Shown here: positions 11,201-23,400 of the stretch, in pieces
Layout of the letters: the number at the start of each line of letters is the position of its first letter
Numbering within the stretch: position 1 is the first letter of the stretch
DNA from: Monocercomonoides exilis PA203
Lineage: Eukaryota > Protista > Preaxostyla
Reading direction: 5' to 3'
DNA length: 64,000 nucleotides
Assembly: GCA_001643675.2 (NCBI GenBank)
Contig: LSRY02000041.1
Coordinates: 186,001-250,000, forward strand
The notes under the pieces: generated by a model
Database searches by the model: none
Seen by the model: the letters and a program-made list of their open reading frames with translations, nothing else
Told to the model about the DNA's origin: nothing
Position numbers and translations under genes: made by a program

Positions 11201-14200
11201 AGTTTGGTATCGAGCACCGAATCGCTTCTTACATGCACTCAATCAGAACTATCCTTGGAAAACTGCTCGTTCTTTGCGAATGCGAATTCCAACAACAAAA
11301 TTGGCTTTTGTGTGATGCGTGGGGTTGGAGGAAAAATCAGCCTTGAAGGTGTCACATTCAAGGACTTATCTTTTGAAATAAAACAGCTCTTGGATTTTGA
11401 TGCAAGAGGTGGAGCCGAGATTGAACTGAAGATGGTCTCTTGCCGTTTTGAAAACACAACAACAAATTTGGAGTCTGGATTGGTGCAAATCAGAAACATT
11501 GGGAAGTTGTCTGTTGGCAATTCCACATTCTGCATGGGTGAAGAGCCAGCATGTGCGCTTTTTGAAGTGAGTGGAGTGAGTGTGTTGAATCTGGAGAACA
11601 GCACATTTTCAGGGGTGAGCAGAGGCGCAGGGTGTGGAGGAGTGATTGCTGGGAGAGTTTGTGAAGGAAATTTGATGAACATCAGCGATTGTTCGTTTCT
11701 GTCAAACAACATCACAGAAGGAGGGATGAAAGGCGGGAGCTTGTTTGTTGCTGTGGAAAGCAGCGGGTCATTTGTTTTTGACAACAACACGGTTTCAGAG
11801 AGCAAAGTCATTGCAGAAAATGGGTTTGGGGGAGGACTGTTTATGACACTGGAAGCGATAAATTGTGTGTATTCATTGAAGAATGTTGTGTTTTCGGAGA
11901 ATGGAGCAGAGAAGGGCAGAAACGTCTATCTTGTGTGCCCAACACCACGATTTGTTGTTGAGCCCGGTTTATTTGCAGGATCAGCGGAAAAGGAAATGGG
12001 CGAGGCAGACATGTGGGTGTTTGACGATGTGAGCACACACAAAGTGGATGAGTCGATGAGAAAGTATTTGTTTGTGTATGATGAGCAGACGATGTTTGTT
12101 TACACAGAGCTTGGGGCGAGGATGGAGAGGTGTGGGACAGAAGTGCTGCCTTGTCTGACGATGGATGAGGGTTTTTGGAAGATGGCAGCCATTCAGACGA
12201 GGATGCACATTGTGCGATCGGTTGTTGTGGAAAGTGAGATCAAGCGAATTGGCTTGCCGCTGAGAATACAAGGCTGTGAAGGAAAACGGCCACTTTGAGC
12301 AGACAAATGGAGCAAATGATCTGTGCATTGTGTTTAGCAAGATATTGTTTGTGCTGCCTGGGGTGTCAAACAACCCAGAATTGATAACAATTGGATGTGG
12401 AGAGTTGGATATCATTGATTGCGTTTTTGATGGCTTTTCAGAGGATGTATCTATGCTTGTAACAAATTTGTTGATAATTCACTCAACAGGAGGGTCGGTT
12501 CATGTGGATGATACAGAAATGAGAAATTTGCAGTTTGAAGGGAATGGAGGATTGTGCTGTGCACAATGGGGGATCTCTTTTGATGGAGAAGACAAATTTG
12601 AGGGGAATCAATACGACAATGTCAGCAACCATCAAAGTGGAGAGTGTGAGTTCAATGATTTTGTTGACTGTTTCGTTCGAGGAGTGCATTTCCGCTGTTT
12701 GCAGCAATGTGAAAGTTACAAACTGTTTGAAAGCGGAAATAAATAACTGCACAATTAAAGGGTGTGTTGGGGAGAAAGGAGATGGTGGGTTTATGAGTTG
12801 CCTGATGGAAGGAAGAGATGAGCTGAAGATCTTTAACTCAAGCATGAATGCTTGCAACGCGAGGGAAGATGGCGCAAAGGGAGGGGGAATGTTCCTCGAT
12901 TTTTCGGATGATTCAGAGAATTGCTATTTGCTGGAAAAGGTATCATTTGATTCGAATATGGCAGCGATTGGAAAAGATTTTTTCATTGAATGCTTCGATT
13001 TAAACAAGACTGTAATTGCTTCTCGATTTCTGTTTCGGCTTTCATTCGAAAATGGATCGAGATGCACTGACATGTCTGGAACGGACAGAAACAGAATGGA
13101 AGGAAAAAGTTTAGATTTACTGTTATTTTTAATCCAGAGGTTGGATAATCATATTGAAATATCAAAAGAAGGATTGGATATAATTGGGTGCGGAACAGTT
13201 GAGCATCCATGCTATTCATTCAGTAGAGGCTATAAGAACTAAAATCATTCATCGACTCCTTCACAGATTAGCATTCATGACAAGACGGATATAAGCAACA
13301 CTTTTGATATTTCTTGGTGTGTTATCAGAAAAGCACAAAGAACAACATCGGCTGAAAACGAGTAAGCAACAATTAGATTCAGTTCTGGGATTGAAGGAAA
13401 TGGTGAGGAATATATTTTGAAAAATATCGAAACATCTCAAATTGAAAGCATTTTGCTGAGCATTCCGGCAATGTTCGCAGATGCATTTAAGGCGCTTATT
13501 TGGAGTGGCTCTGCAAACGGGGCGCTGGAGTTTGATTACTGCTCGTTTGGAATGGAATTTAATGATGTGATGCAATTTTGTTTGATTATCACAGCAGATG
13601 GAACAACAACATTGAGAAACTGTGTTGTGGATAGTGGACAGTTTCATAACGCGCCGCTTGAGCTTAAATCTTCAAGTATGATTGGGAATTGCACATTCAA
13701 GGATTTGAGAAACGATTATTGTGCAAAAGGTGGAGCATTGAAAATCGAAGTGAGAGAAAGTCAAAGCACTAACATGGAGGATTCTATCATGGAAGATTGC
13801 CATTGCTATGCACATGGAGGAAAAGGAGGAGGGATCTTTATTGATTACACAGAGACAGTTGTGGATCAGAAGTTTCTGCTGAAAAAACTTACCTTTTTGT
13901 CGAATATGGCAGCCATTGGAAAGAACATCTTCATCAAAGCTTCAGACTTGAATGTGACTGTGAAGAACAGCGCTTTTGATTTTGATTATTCTTCGATGAA
14001 ATATGATAACAACGCTATTGTGGGGAGCGACTTAGTGTTTGATGATATCAATTTGTTTGTTTTTCTAATTGAGTATTCAAATTGGTCGATTCACGTATCG
14101 AGCACTGGCCACGATGTTGCTGGGTGCGGAAGTGAGGAAGTGCCGTGCTGCACATTTTGGAAGGGCGTTGAACATGCCGACAATTCTGGACAAGTTGGAG

Positions 14201-17200
14201 AAATTACCATCGAAGGAACTGTAGAATTGAGGGATAGCTACGATCTGTCAGACTTTATTGTTAAAAGCCAGCAGGATGAAGATTCTGGGATAAAGCATGA
14301 GATTTTACTGTTCAAGAACAAAATAGCAGAAGACAGCAAGGCGTATTTTTGGAATGAAAAGCAGCTTTCATTTTGGATGATGAACTTCACGATAGATAGC
14401 AGTGCGAGTGAAAGGATGCTGCTTATCGAAAGTGGTAAGGGATCCATTTGCATAACGCTATGTTCGTTTCTTTCGATAGCAGCTTCGTCGCCTTCATTGT
14501 GCAAAGATTTCACGTTTCTTCACATGAACTTGGGGAGTCTGAATGTATCAGGGCTGTATATTGAGGTGAGCAGGATGAAAAGCAATGTGATGGATATTGG
14601 GAGCAGCTGCCAGTGTGACATGGCTAACATGAGTATGTTCGGCATCGTGATGGAGGATGGTTCTGTGATTGCGATGGAAGAACTCCTGCCAAGCGAAGGA
14701 AATCAAGAGAGTTATCTGAAGTTGAGAGATTCATCAATCCAACGAGTGACTCGGCTGGCTGGTGGAGCAAGTTTGCTGACTGTACCGACAACGCTGACGA
14801 CTGATGTGGAGATTAACAACAGTGTGCTTGAAGTGTGTGCAGCAGGTGCTTCAGCGAAAGGGGGAGCAGTGTTTGCTGACCTAAGCAATGAAAGCATGAT
14901 CCGAGTGGTGAATTCGAAGGTTATTCAGTGTGGATGCTCTGTGACGATGGGTCGAGGAGGGGGATTGTTTCTGGTGCTGAAGTATTCAGGGGAGCTGGGA
15001 ATGCTGCTTGAGAGGGACGAGTTTGACTCGAACAGCGGAAAGGAAGGGAGAGACATCTTTATTGAGTGCTGGAACATCTCGAGGCAGATCAACGAGACAC
15101 TGTTCAAGCTGGACTTGAGGGAGAGCGAATTTGTGCGATTCAACGCGATATTTGGGATTGAAAAGGAAAGTACAGAAGCAGTGGATCTGATAGATTTTAT
15201 TACGATTTACCAATCTGAGACGATTGTTGTTTCATCGATTGAAGGGAAAGATGGGAAGAATATCAAGAAATGCGGAACAACGAAAGATCCATGCTATTCG
15301 ATTGAATATGGGGTGACGCATCTTACAGTCAGCGATGATCTACGCATTCGTGTAGATGGGACTGGAGAGATAGGAAATGAGTTGGAGCTGAAAGATGTGT
15401 GTGTTGTTTCAAAATCAAGGGATCCAGCGAAAGTGTGGTTTTCTGGTTTGTCCGGGAGCAGTCGAAGTTGGGTGATAGAAGCACAGCTATTTGTCGAGTT
15501 GAATTTGCTGAGCTTTGAATTTTCCTTTATTTTCCCATCTTCTCATCTGCATCTGATTAAGCTGTGCTCAGGAAATGTGTCAATTCAGACATGCTCATTC
15601 AGACCGAAAGAAGGGATTGACTGTTCGAATGTGCCTTCTCTGCTTCTGTGTGAAACCGGATTGTTGGAGATAGATCGATTGCTTGTGAGCAATCTGAAAC
15701 TCGATTCAATTATCGAGCGCTCTGGGGGATCTATCATTGGAGAGCAAATTGAAGCATACAACATTACATTAGTCAATGACAGTGCAATCTGCGATACAAA
15801 TTCTGGAAATAATAATGTGAATGAAAACGAAAATAGTAGAGGGATTACCATTTATTTATCACAGTTTCGCAATATCACTCAAACTTCAGCGAAAGCATCT
15901 GTGTTTTCTGCGAAATACAAAGGAATTGCAGTGCGAATGTTGAATTGCTCTTATTCGAGCTGCAGCTCGTTGATAAGAGCTGGCAGCATAATTTCTGTTT
16001 CGTCAAGCAAGGATTGCTGCGTGGAATCGTGTGTTCTGAGTGGTTTCGCATCCAATGAAGAATTGGAGCCTGCAAATACGATATACGAAGAATTGTGCAA
16101 ATGGAATGGATCTGTTGTTGATTTTGGCAACACGTCAGCACATGTCAGATACACTACGATTGGGAATGCTTCAAGTGGAGGGATGACGATTTGTGGAGGG
16201 AGCATAACAATCGAGAAAGGAGAATTTGCTGACAACGGTGCGTCGATTGCGCAATATAAGTCAGCACGAAGGAACATTGCATGTAGTGGGGATGGCACAC
16301 TGAATATTGTCAGTCTAAAAGGGGGAGATGGGGTGAAAGACAACACCTCACTTTGGATTCTGGACGAAGGATGCGCTTTGTCTGGAATAGCTGGAGAGCG
16401 AGAATCGCCGTTCTTCTTGCCAAAACTCGATTCAGTGGCAGTTGAAGAAGAAGCAGGAGGAGAAAAAGAGAAAACAAAGCTGACATTCAAAGGAACCCTT
16501 CTTTTGCCATGCAACCTTTCGTTCAGGATTGTTGTTGCAAGGAATGATTCAGAATTGGTTGAGACGTTTCAGTTTCATCAAGAAGGATACATCACTGAGA
16601 GCACAGCAACCGGATTAATCTCATCATCAACTATTTCGAAGGCTTCGGAGGAATCATCTGTGGAATGTTTTGTGCTGTTTGGTAAGCCGGACAAACCATG
16701 CTCTACGAATCGCATTGTTCTAAAGAACATAAGTGAATTTGAATCAAAAGGAAATGGAAATCTTGTTGAAGGCGGAAAAGAAGGAAAACTGATATGGCCA
16801 ATTATTATTGTTGTTATGGCACTAATTCTTGTGATTGTGCTGATCGTATCTGTGGTATTTGCAGTTAGATGGAGAAAGCAAAAGAGAAGAACAGAAGAAT
16901 TAGAAGAGATTGTGAACGGCACGGTGAAAAAGGATCCAAAGGCGTTTGAGATGGAAACAATGGAGATGTCTCCAGAAGAGCAGTGGAAAAGGGCTATAAA
17001 GATGGATGAGAAAAGGAATGAAGAGAGAATCAAGAAGAGGGTTTATGATACGAATATGGAACATTCCGAGTCATCAGAGCATCTTCTGTCTGAGAGTGGA
17101 TCGACTGAATACATATTAGGAAAAGATTCAGACAAGATCCCAGAATGGATGCTGGAGAAAGTGGATGAGAAGGAAGAAGAGATAAGGAAGAGAACACCAT

Positions 17201-18102
17201 CGCCATCTGTCTCATCCACGTCAACAACTGACTCAGATTCAACTTTTGTTCGTGGAGAAGATCTGTGTCCCACAACCTCATCGATGTCGAATCTGGTGGA
17301 TGCAATGGCATGCTCGTCTCCACATGAGAAGCTGATTGTGGATCTGAGGGATTCATTATTCATGCTGCTTCACGGAAGGAATGAGAAGAAAGAGATGGCG
17401 ATAGGCACACTGGAGGAGCGGGAGGTGACAGCTGCTCAGATCCTGTTCTGGGTGGCTAATCTCGCACTTCACTCTTTTGATGAAATGGAAAACCCGCTTC
17501 AATCGCTAGCCAACCTCAGTCCTCACATTGTGCTGTTCTCAGAGCATATGGTGATCTGCATTGTGATGCATTCTGACTTATTGTCCGATGATGATTCAGA
17601 TTCTTCATCCATCTCATCATCAACTGTTGCAACTTCTGCAAGTGATGAAAGTGATTCTTTGCCTTCATCAGCCTTTGAGGATGAGGATGATTTCAGGAAG
17701 GAGTGTTTGAGGTGGAAGGCGCCTGAGCTGTTGAATGGAGTGAAGAAGTATGCGACGAAGAAGACAGTGGTGTTTTCGATAGGGATGATGTTGTGGGAGT
17801 GCCTGACCATTCAAATTCCATTTGGGGAGTATGAGGCAGAGGTGGCAGGGCAGAAGATTGTGAATGGGGAGAGGCCGCGGATGGGTGTGGGATGCAGTGA
17901 GGAGATGGAAGAAGCGATGGAAAAGTGCTTATCTCAACAGAAAAATGAGCGTCCGACACTTGCTGTGCTGAAGCGGAAGTTCATCCAGCGGTTTCCGAAG
18001 GGAGCAACGATTGTGACTGTTTCAGACGCAATTGATGTGGAGTATGCGAGCGAAGGGGGAAAAGGTGGAGGCAGCTCGAGCTGTGAATTGGTTTCTTGGT
18101 AG
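8225..18102 (+). pseudogene. Giant single-pass surface receptor (Cys-rich/GGAI beta-helix ectodomain, TM, TKL-type pseudokinase), disrupted
   Basis: Signal-like N-terminus MKFIMCFEMLVCLCA; probable intron 8351-8425/8428; repeated GGAI/GGGL..F..C and CG....PC modules; TM LIWPIIIVVMALILVIVLIVSVVFAV followed by RWRK; kinase C-lobe RWKAPE...VFSIGMMLWE...PF...GERP. Frameshifts near 12290 and 12570; in-frame TAA at 13240 and 13363. Confidence 0.8.
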
Positions 18103-19040
18103 GAAAGCAATCAGGATTAGCAAAGGATTTGGTATTGGAATGGCGCTGCTGGGTATGTGCGTTGGAGATGCAGGAGGTTTAAACAAACGAATGAACTTTG
18201 CTGTTATATTTGAGTTTTTGCTTTGAATTTTCTTTTCTGTTATGCAGTTAATCAATCACCTTTTTTTTCAAAACTTTTATTGAAGAATTATTTCTCAATC
18301 ATTATTCATTGTCATTATTCATAATCATTTCATTCTGTAATTTGCTTGCTTAATTATGTAAGTTATGTATATGTAGATATTTCTATGTATTGATTTCTTG
18401 AATGTTTGTTTTCTCATTCTCATTAAAATAGAAATATTTTATTTTTTCAAATAAAAATCGTTCTTCCATAATTATGTTTCACCACTTATCATGTGGTACA
18501 TATGATTTCCATTTTATGCTAAAGTGATTTGAATTCCACAGTACATTTCCGCTATTCAGTGAATTTTAGGTATCAGTGACGAATAAGTTTAAAACAAAAA
18601 TAGGAAAAAATGGTAACTTCATAATTTGGCTCTCCATTTTTTTTCCTTTCATTGATGAAACTTAAACTGATAACTTCAATTAAAAGAAAATACAAATGAT
18701 TTCAAAAACTCGCTCCTGATTAATTTCGAAGCAACAATAATTTTCATTAACTTTTGTGAAAAAATAACCCCTAATGCTCACAACGTTTCCTTTTGATGAA
18801 AAAGAAAAAAAAAAAAAATTAATTCAACTGATGAACCAAAATTTCTTGTATAATATTATTTAATCATTGAAGAACTTATGTGAAAGTTAAAATTTTCGTT
18901 TTTTAAGACTAAGTTTATATTTTCAACATTTTTAAAATCCACTATTAACTATTTTGAATGAAGATTTGAAAATTGAGTTCAAAGAAGAGTAAATATTTAT
19001 GTGAAATGATGAAACATATCAAATATACAACGCAAGGGTT

Positions 19041-20226
19041 CTATTGAGTTTTTGGTTCATCTTTAGTTTCCGTTTCTGTTGTTTTGAGCCCTTCAAGTTT
19101 TTCCACGATAACGGATAATGCCTTTGCTACAGACGTTCCTTCCATGGACTCCATAACATTTTTTCCTTCATCGCAGCAAACGCATACGCGAGGGTCCATT
19201 GGGATTTGACCCAACAATTCGGTGTTGGTATCTTCGCACATTTTTTTGGCTCCACCTGTTGAAGGAGCAAACAAAGGATGCTGAGCTCCACAATCAGGGC
19301 AAACGAAAGATGACATATTTTCAACTACACCAATCACAGGTATATCTGTCTTTTTGCAGAAATTAATTTCTTTGCGCACTGCCATTAGAGAAACTTCTTG
19401 CGGGGTGGTAACAACAATAGCTCCATCAGGCTTTTTGTCTCCATCCTTGAGCATGGTAACAATTGAAATGTGCTCATCAGAAGTTCCAGGGGGTGTGTCA
19501 ATGATAAGATAATCAATATCTCCCCAAACAACGTCAGATAAAAATTGTTTGATAAGTCCTAAAAAAGCGAACAAAAATAGTTAAGAAAATTATTATTTTT
19601 AGCCCCTCAAGAAAGAATAAACTAAAATATTCCACACCATTTTTCCTTGGTCCTCTCCAAATGACAGCGTCGTCTTTTGAAGGCAGCATGAAGCCAATTG
19701 ACATAACTCCGAGATTTTCCTTCACGTACACAGGAGACCAACCAGCAGACGTTCCATGAACATCTTCTCCTTCGCATCCCAACATTCTCGGAATGCTTGG
19801 CCCACAAATATCAATATCAAGAATTCCCACCTAAATGAAACATAATATGATAAATGAAAAAAAGAAATGAAATTGTCAACTAAGCTATTAAAATGCTTCA
19901 TCGAAGCAAACATTATGACCTCTCAAGGCAAGCGTTGAAGCAAGTTGAGCAGAAACTGTCGATTTTCCAACTCCTCCTTTTCCAGAAAGGACGAGAAGTT
20001 TATGCTTAATGTGTGCCATTTTTTCATTAATTTTTAATTGGTCTAAAAGCAATATATTAATTGAGTATTCGAAGAATTAATGCTGAAACATTGGAAAAAG
20101 AGCAATACCAGGATCTGGAGCTGCTGCACCAGCTGTACTGCAGCTTCCACGCATAGGGCATGTTGCGCATTTGCTTGGCGCGCAGCCTTCTGGCTTTCCC
20201 TCTTCAGTCCTCTCAGGCTCGCTCAT
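19041..20226 (-). CDS. NBP35: Cytosolic Fe-S cluster assembly scaffold Nbp35/NUBP1, 4 exons
   Basis: Exons 20226-20109, 20042-19912, 19830-19638, 19558-19041. N-terminal Cys cluster, [53 protein letters not shown]. Confidence 0.95.
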
Positions 20227-20465
20227 TATTTCTCCGGGACTAGATCTGAACCATAACTTGGAAAATATTGTTATCGTTTTTTCATAACAAATAACTCAAC
20301 GATAAATGTTTTATGGATAGAATCATATAAAAAAACATCAAGAGTTTAATCTTTTTTTCAATTTTTATAAATAAAAAGTGTGAAATGTTCAATAAAATAA
20401 AAAAAAATTTTTTTGTTATTTGTAATAGATACTCAATTTGTTTCTTTGAAACAATAAATAACAAT

Positions 20466-23400
20466 CTATTTACGTGAGGCTGGGTCGAAGGGATTGGGTA
20501 TGTTTGAACTCAACGAAAATATCGATGAGTTCATATCAACATTTTGCGATTTTCCGGCAGTGAAAGTGATTTGCGATGTGGGAGAAGAAAGAGAAAAGCT
20601 TGATTTGCCAGCAAATGGATTGTTATTGGCTGAGGAAGAGAAAGAAGTGTCATATTTGAGATTGTCAAAGGGATTGGGAAGTGGAGTGAATGGAGCTTGT
20701 GAAGAAGAAGAAGAAGAGGAGGAGGAGGAAGAAGTTGAAGAAGATGTATCAAATATATTCAATGAAGAAGCTTGTTTATGCTGTGTCTTTGGTGCAATAT
20801 CTGTATTCAATGTGTATTTGTATGGATTCTTGTCTGGGTCTAAATAATCCGAATTCTTCACAATGATCGAGTCATTTGCTTTACTGGCCATCTTCGCAGC
20901 TATCTCCTGAGGAGATGCATAGCCAGAGGATGACTCAATGCTGTTGATGTCTGACAGATCAATCGAAGGAGAACTGGCAAGAACAGCTGCAAGGAAGGGG
21001 TTGTTCTTGACTGAAGCAGAAGAAACAGAAGAAGAAGAAGAAGAAGAAGAAGATATGGAGGAGGTGGCAGAGAAGGGAGAAGAAGAAGAAGAAGAAGAGA
21101 AAGATGGAGCAGTTGAACCAAAAGGCGATGCTTTTGAGCTCAAAGTGGAAGGAAAGGCAGCAGCAGCTAGTTCTTCAGCAGAGGCAGAGGGAGGAGGGAG
21201 AGGAGGATTGTTGGCAGAGTTGAAGAGACCAGCTGGGACAGATGAGGAAGAAGAGGAAGAGGAAGAGGAAGAGAAGGGGTTGGCTAATGATGATGATGGT
21301 AGAGAAGAAGTAATAGTTGAAGTAGCAGATAAAGAAGAAGGAGCAGATAAAGAAGATGATGAGGAAGAGGAAGAAGAAGTTATTCCACTTCCAATAGGAT
21401 TAGCTGATGGAGTCGATGATGCTGTTGATGACTGGAAAGACATGGCAGCAGCTGCAAATGGATTGGATGCAGGATCAACAGTAACACTTGCATTAGTATT
21501 AAAGGAGGGAAGAGAGGAAGAGGAGAAGGAAGAAGAAGAAGAAGAAGAGGAAGAAGAAATTGGAGAAGACAAAGGATTCTTTGGTGCTTCATTTGAAGAA
21601 GCTGGCTCAATGTTAGCAGTGATCGTCTTAGTTGCATTTAAGAATGGATTGGAAGCAGCAACAGAAGAAGAAGTATTGGCAGCAGAAGAGGAAGAAGAAG
21701 AAGTCGATGAAGGAGAAGGAGAAAGAGAAGATGAAGGAGCAGATGATGCTGAAGAAGAAGAAGAAGAAGAAGAAGGTGTAACAGACAGGAAAGGATTACT
21801 AGCACTGTTCTGAGTGGATAATCCACTTGGAGCAGGAGCAAGTTTTGATAGAGAAGCAAATGGATTGTTGGAAGCAGATGATGAATCTGAATCTGAAGGA
21901 GAAGGAGAAGAAGATGATGATGTCAATGATTTCTGAATAGATGCATTTGAATCTGTCGAAGTTGCAAAGACATTCGAGAAACTAGCAAATGGATTGTCAG
22001 AAGCAGAAGCAGACTGAACAGAAGAAGAAGAAGAAGAAGAAGTCAAAGAAGAAGAAGACGCCAATGAATTCTTCACAGAAGGAGATGAAATATCACTCAC
22101 ACTCACATTCATACCAGAAGCTGAACTGATGGCAGAAGCAGATGCAAATGGATTCGGATGCAAAGAAAGAATAATCGTGTCATCGTCATTCTCTTTCCCT
22201 TTCCCTTTCGCTCCTTCTTTCTTCTCCCCTCCACTGGATGTTGTGATGTTATCTTCTTCTTCATCTCTGAAATATCTCCTCCTCTTCGAAGGCATCAGCT
22301 CATCTGAAAAGGCTTGGTCAATGAAATCTTCCACTCTTCCTCCTTCTTCTTCCTCTCCTCCTCCTGCTCCTCCTTCTCCACTTGCATTCACACTTGAACT
22401 GGAGTTAGCTCCTTCTCCTCCTTCTCCTTCTTCCCATTCCTCACCTTCTTCTCCTTCATCACCTTCCCAATCACCTTCTCCTTCTCCTTCTTCCTCACCT
22501 TCTTCACCTTCTTCGTATTCTCCTCCTTCTCCTTCTTCCCCCTCTTCTCCGTCATCCTCTTCCTCACCTTCTTCCCCTTCTTCTCCCTCTTCTCCTTCAT
22601 CATCACCATCATCTCCTTCTTCTCCCTCTTCTTCTTCTTCTTCCTCTTCCTCTTCCTCCTTCTTCCCCCACATCCCCTTCTGCATTCCTTCTCTTCTCTC
22701 TTTGATCTTCTGTATCTTTTCTGCTGCTATTTCCCTGTCTCTCTCTTTCCCTTCCTCAATCGCCTTCTTATCTGCCTCTGTCAGCTCTGCTGCCACAATA
22801 GGCACTGCCTGGGCAAGAAGATTGCTTGGCTTCTTCGCAGACGATGAATCAGACAAGGATGGAGAAGGAAGAGGAAGAGGAGGAAGAGAGAAAGAAGGAG
22901 AACCAAATGGATTGTTTATGGTGGATGAAGAAGAAGATTGTGATGTTTCTGTTGTTTTGGCTGTGAATGGAGAAGAAGAAGTGGAAGAAGAAGAAGAAGA
23001 AGATGATGATGATGATGACTGAACATACTGAAGAAACGGATTTCCCATTGGAGAAGAAGAAGCCGGTGGAAAAGAAGAAAAAGGTGATGAAGCCTTTTCT
23101 GGTTCCTTTGGCTTCTCTTTTTCATTTGCGGCATCTGAAAATACACCAAATCCGCTTGTCTTTTTCTCTTCTTTGTTCTCTTCTTTCTCTTTTGCAGCTG
23201 CTAAAAATGGGTTGGAATTGAATGAGATGCTGGCAGATTGAGCAAATGGATTATCAAATGAAGATGACACTGAAGAAGAAGAGGAAGAGGAAGAAGAAGA
23301 AGAGGAAGAATCAGTGCTATCTTTGGCAGACGGGAAAGGAGAAGAGAATGGTGAAGAAGAAGAAGTTGTAGAAGGAGAAGGAGAAGGAGATGTAAATGAT

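Noticed and set aside
13240-13365. In-frame TAA/TAG as evidence for a TAR=Gln genetic code (as in the oxymonad Streblomastix)
   Set aside because: Conserved genes end in TAA or TAG (DDX1, SGT1, Nbp35) and contain no internal TAR; internal stops occur only in genes that are also frameshifted or truncated.
18539-18580. CAGTACATTTCCGCTATTCAGTG as another pogo-like end
   Set aside because: No matching opposite TIR or TA flank found.
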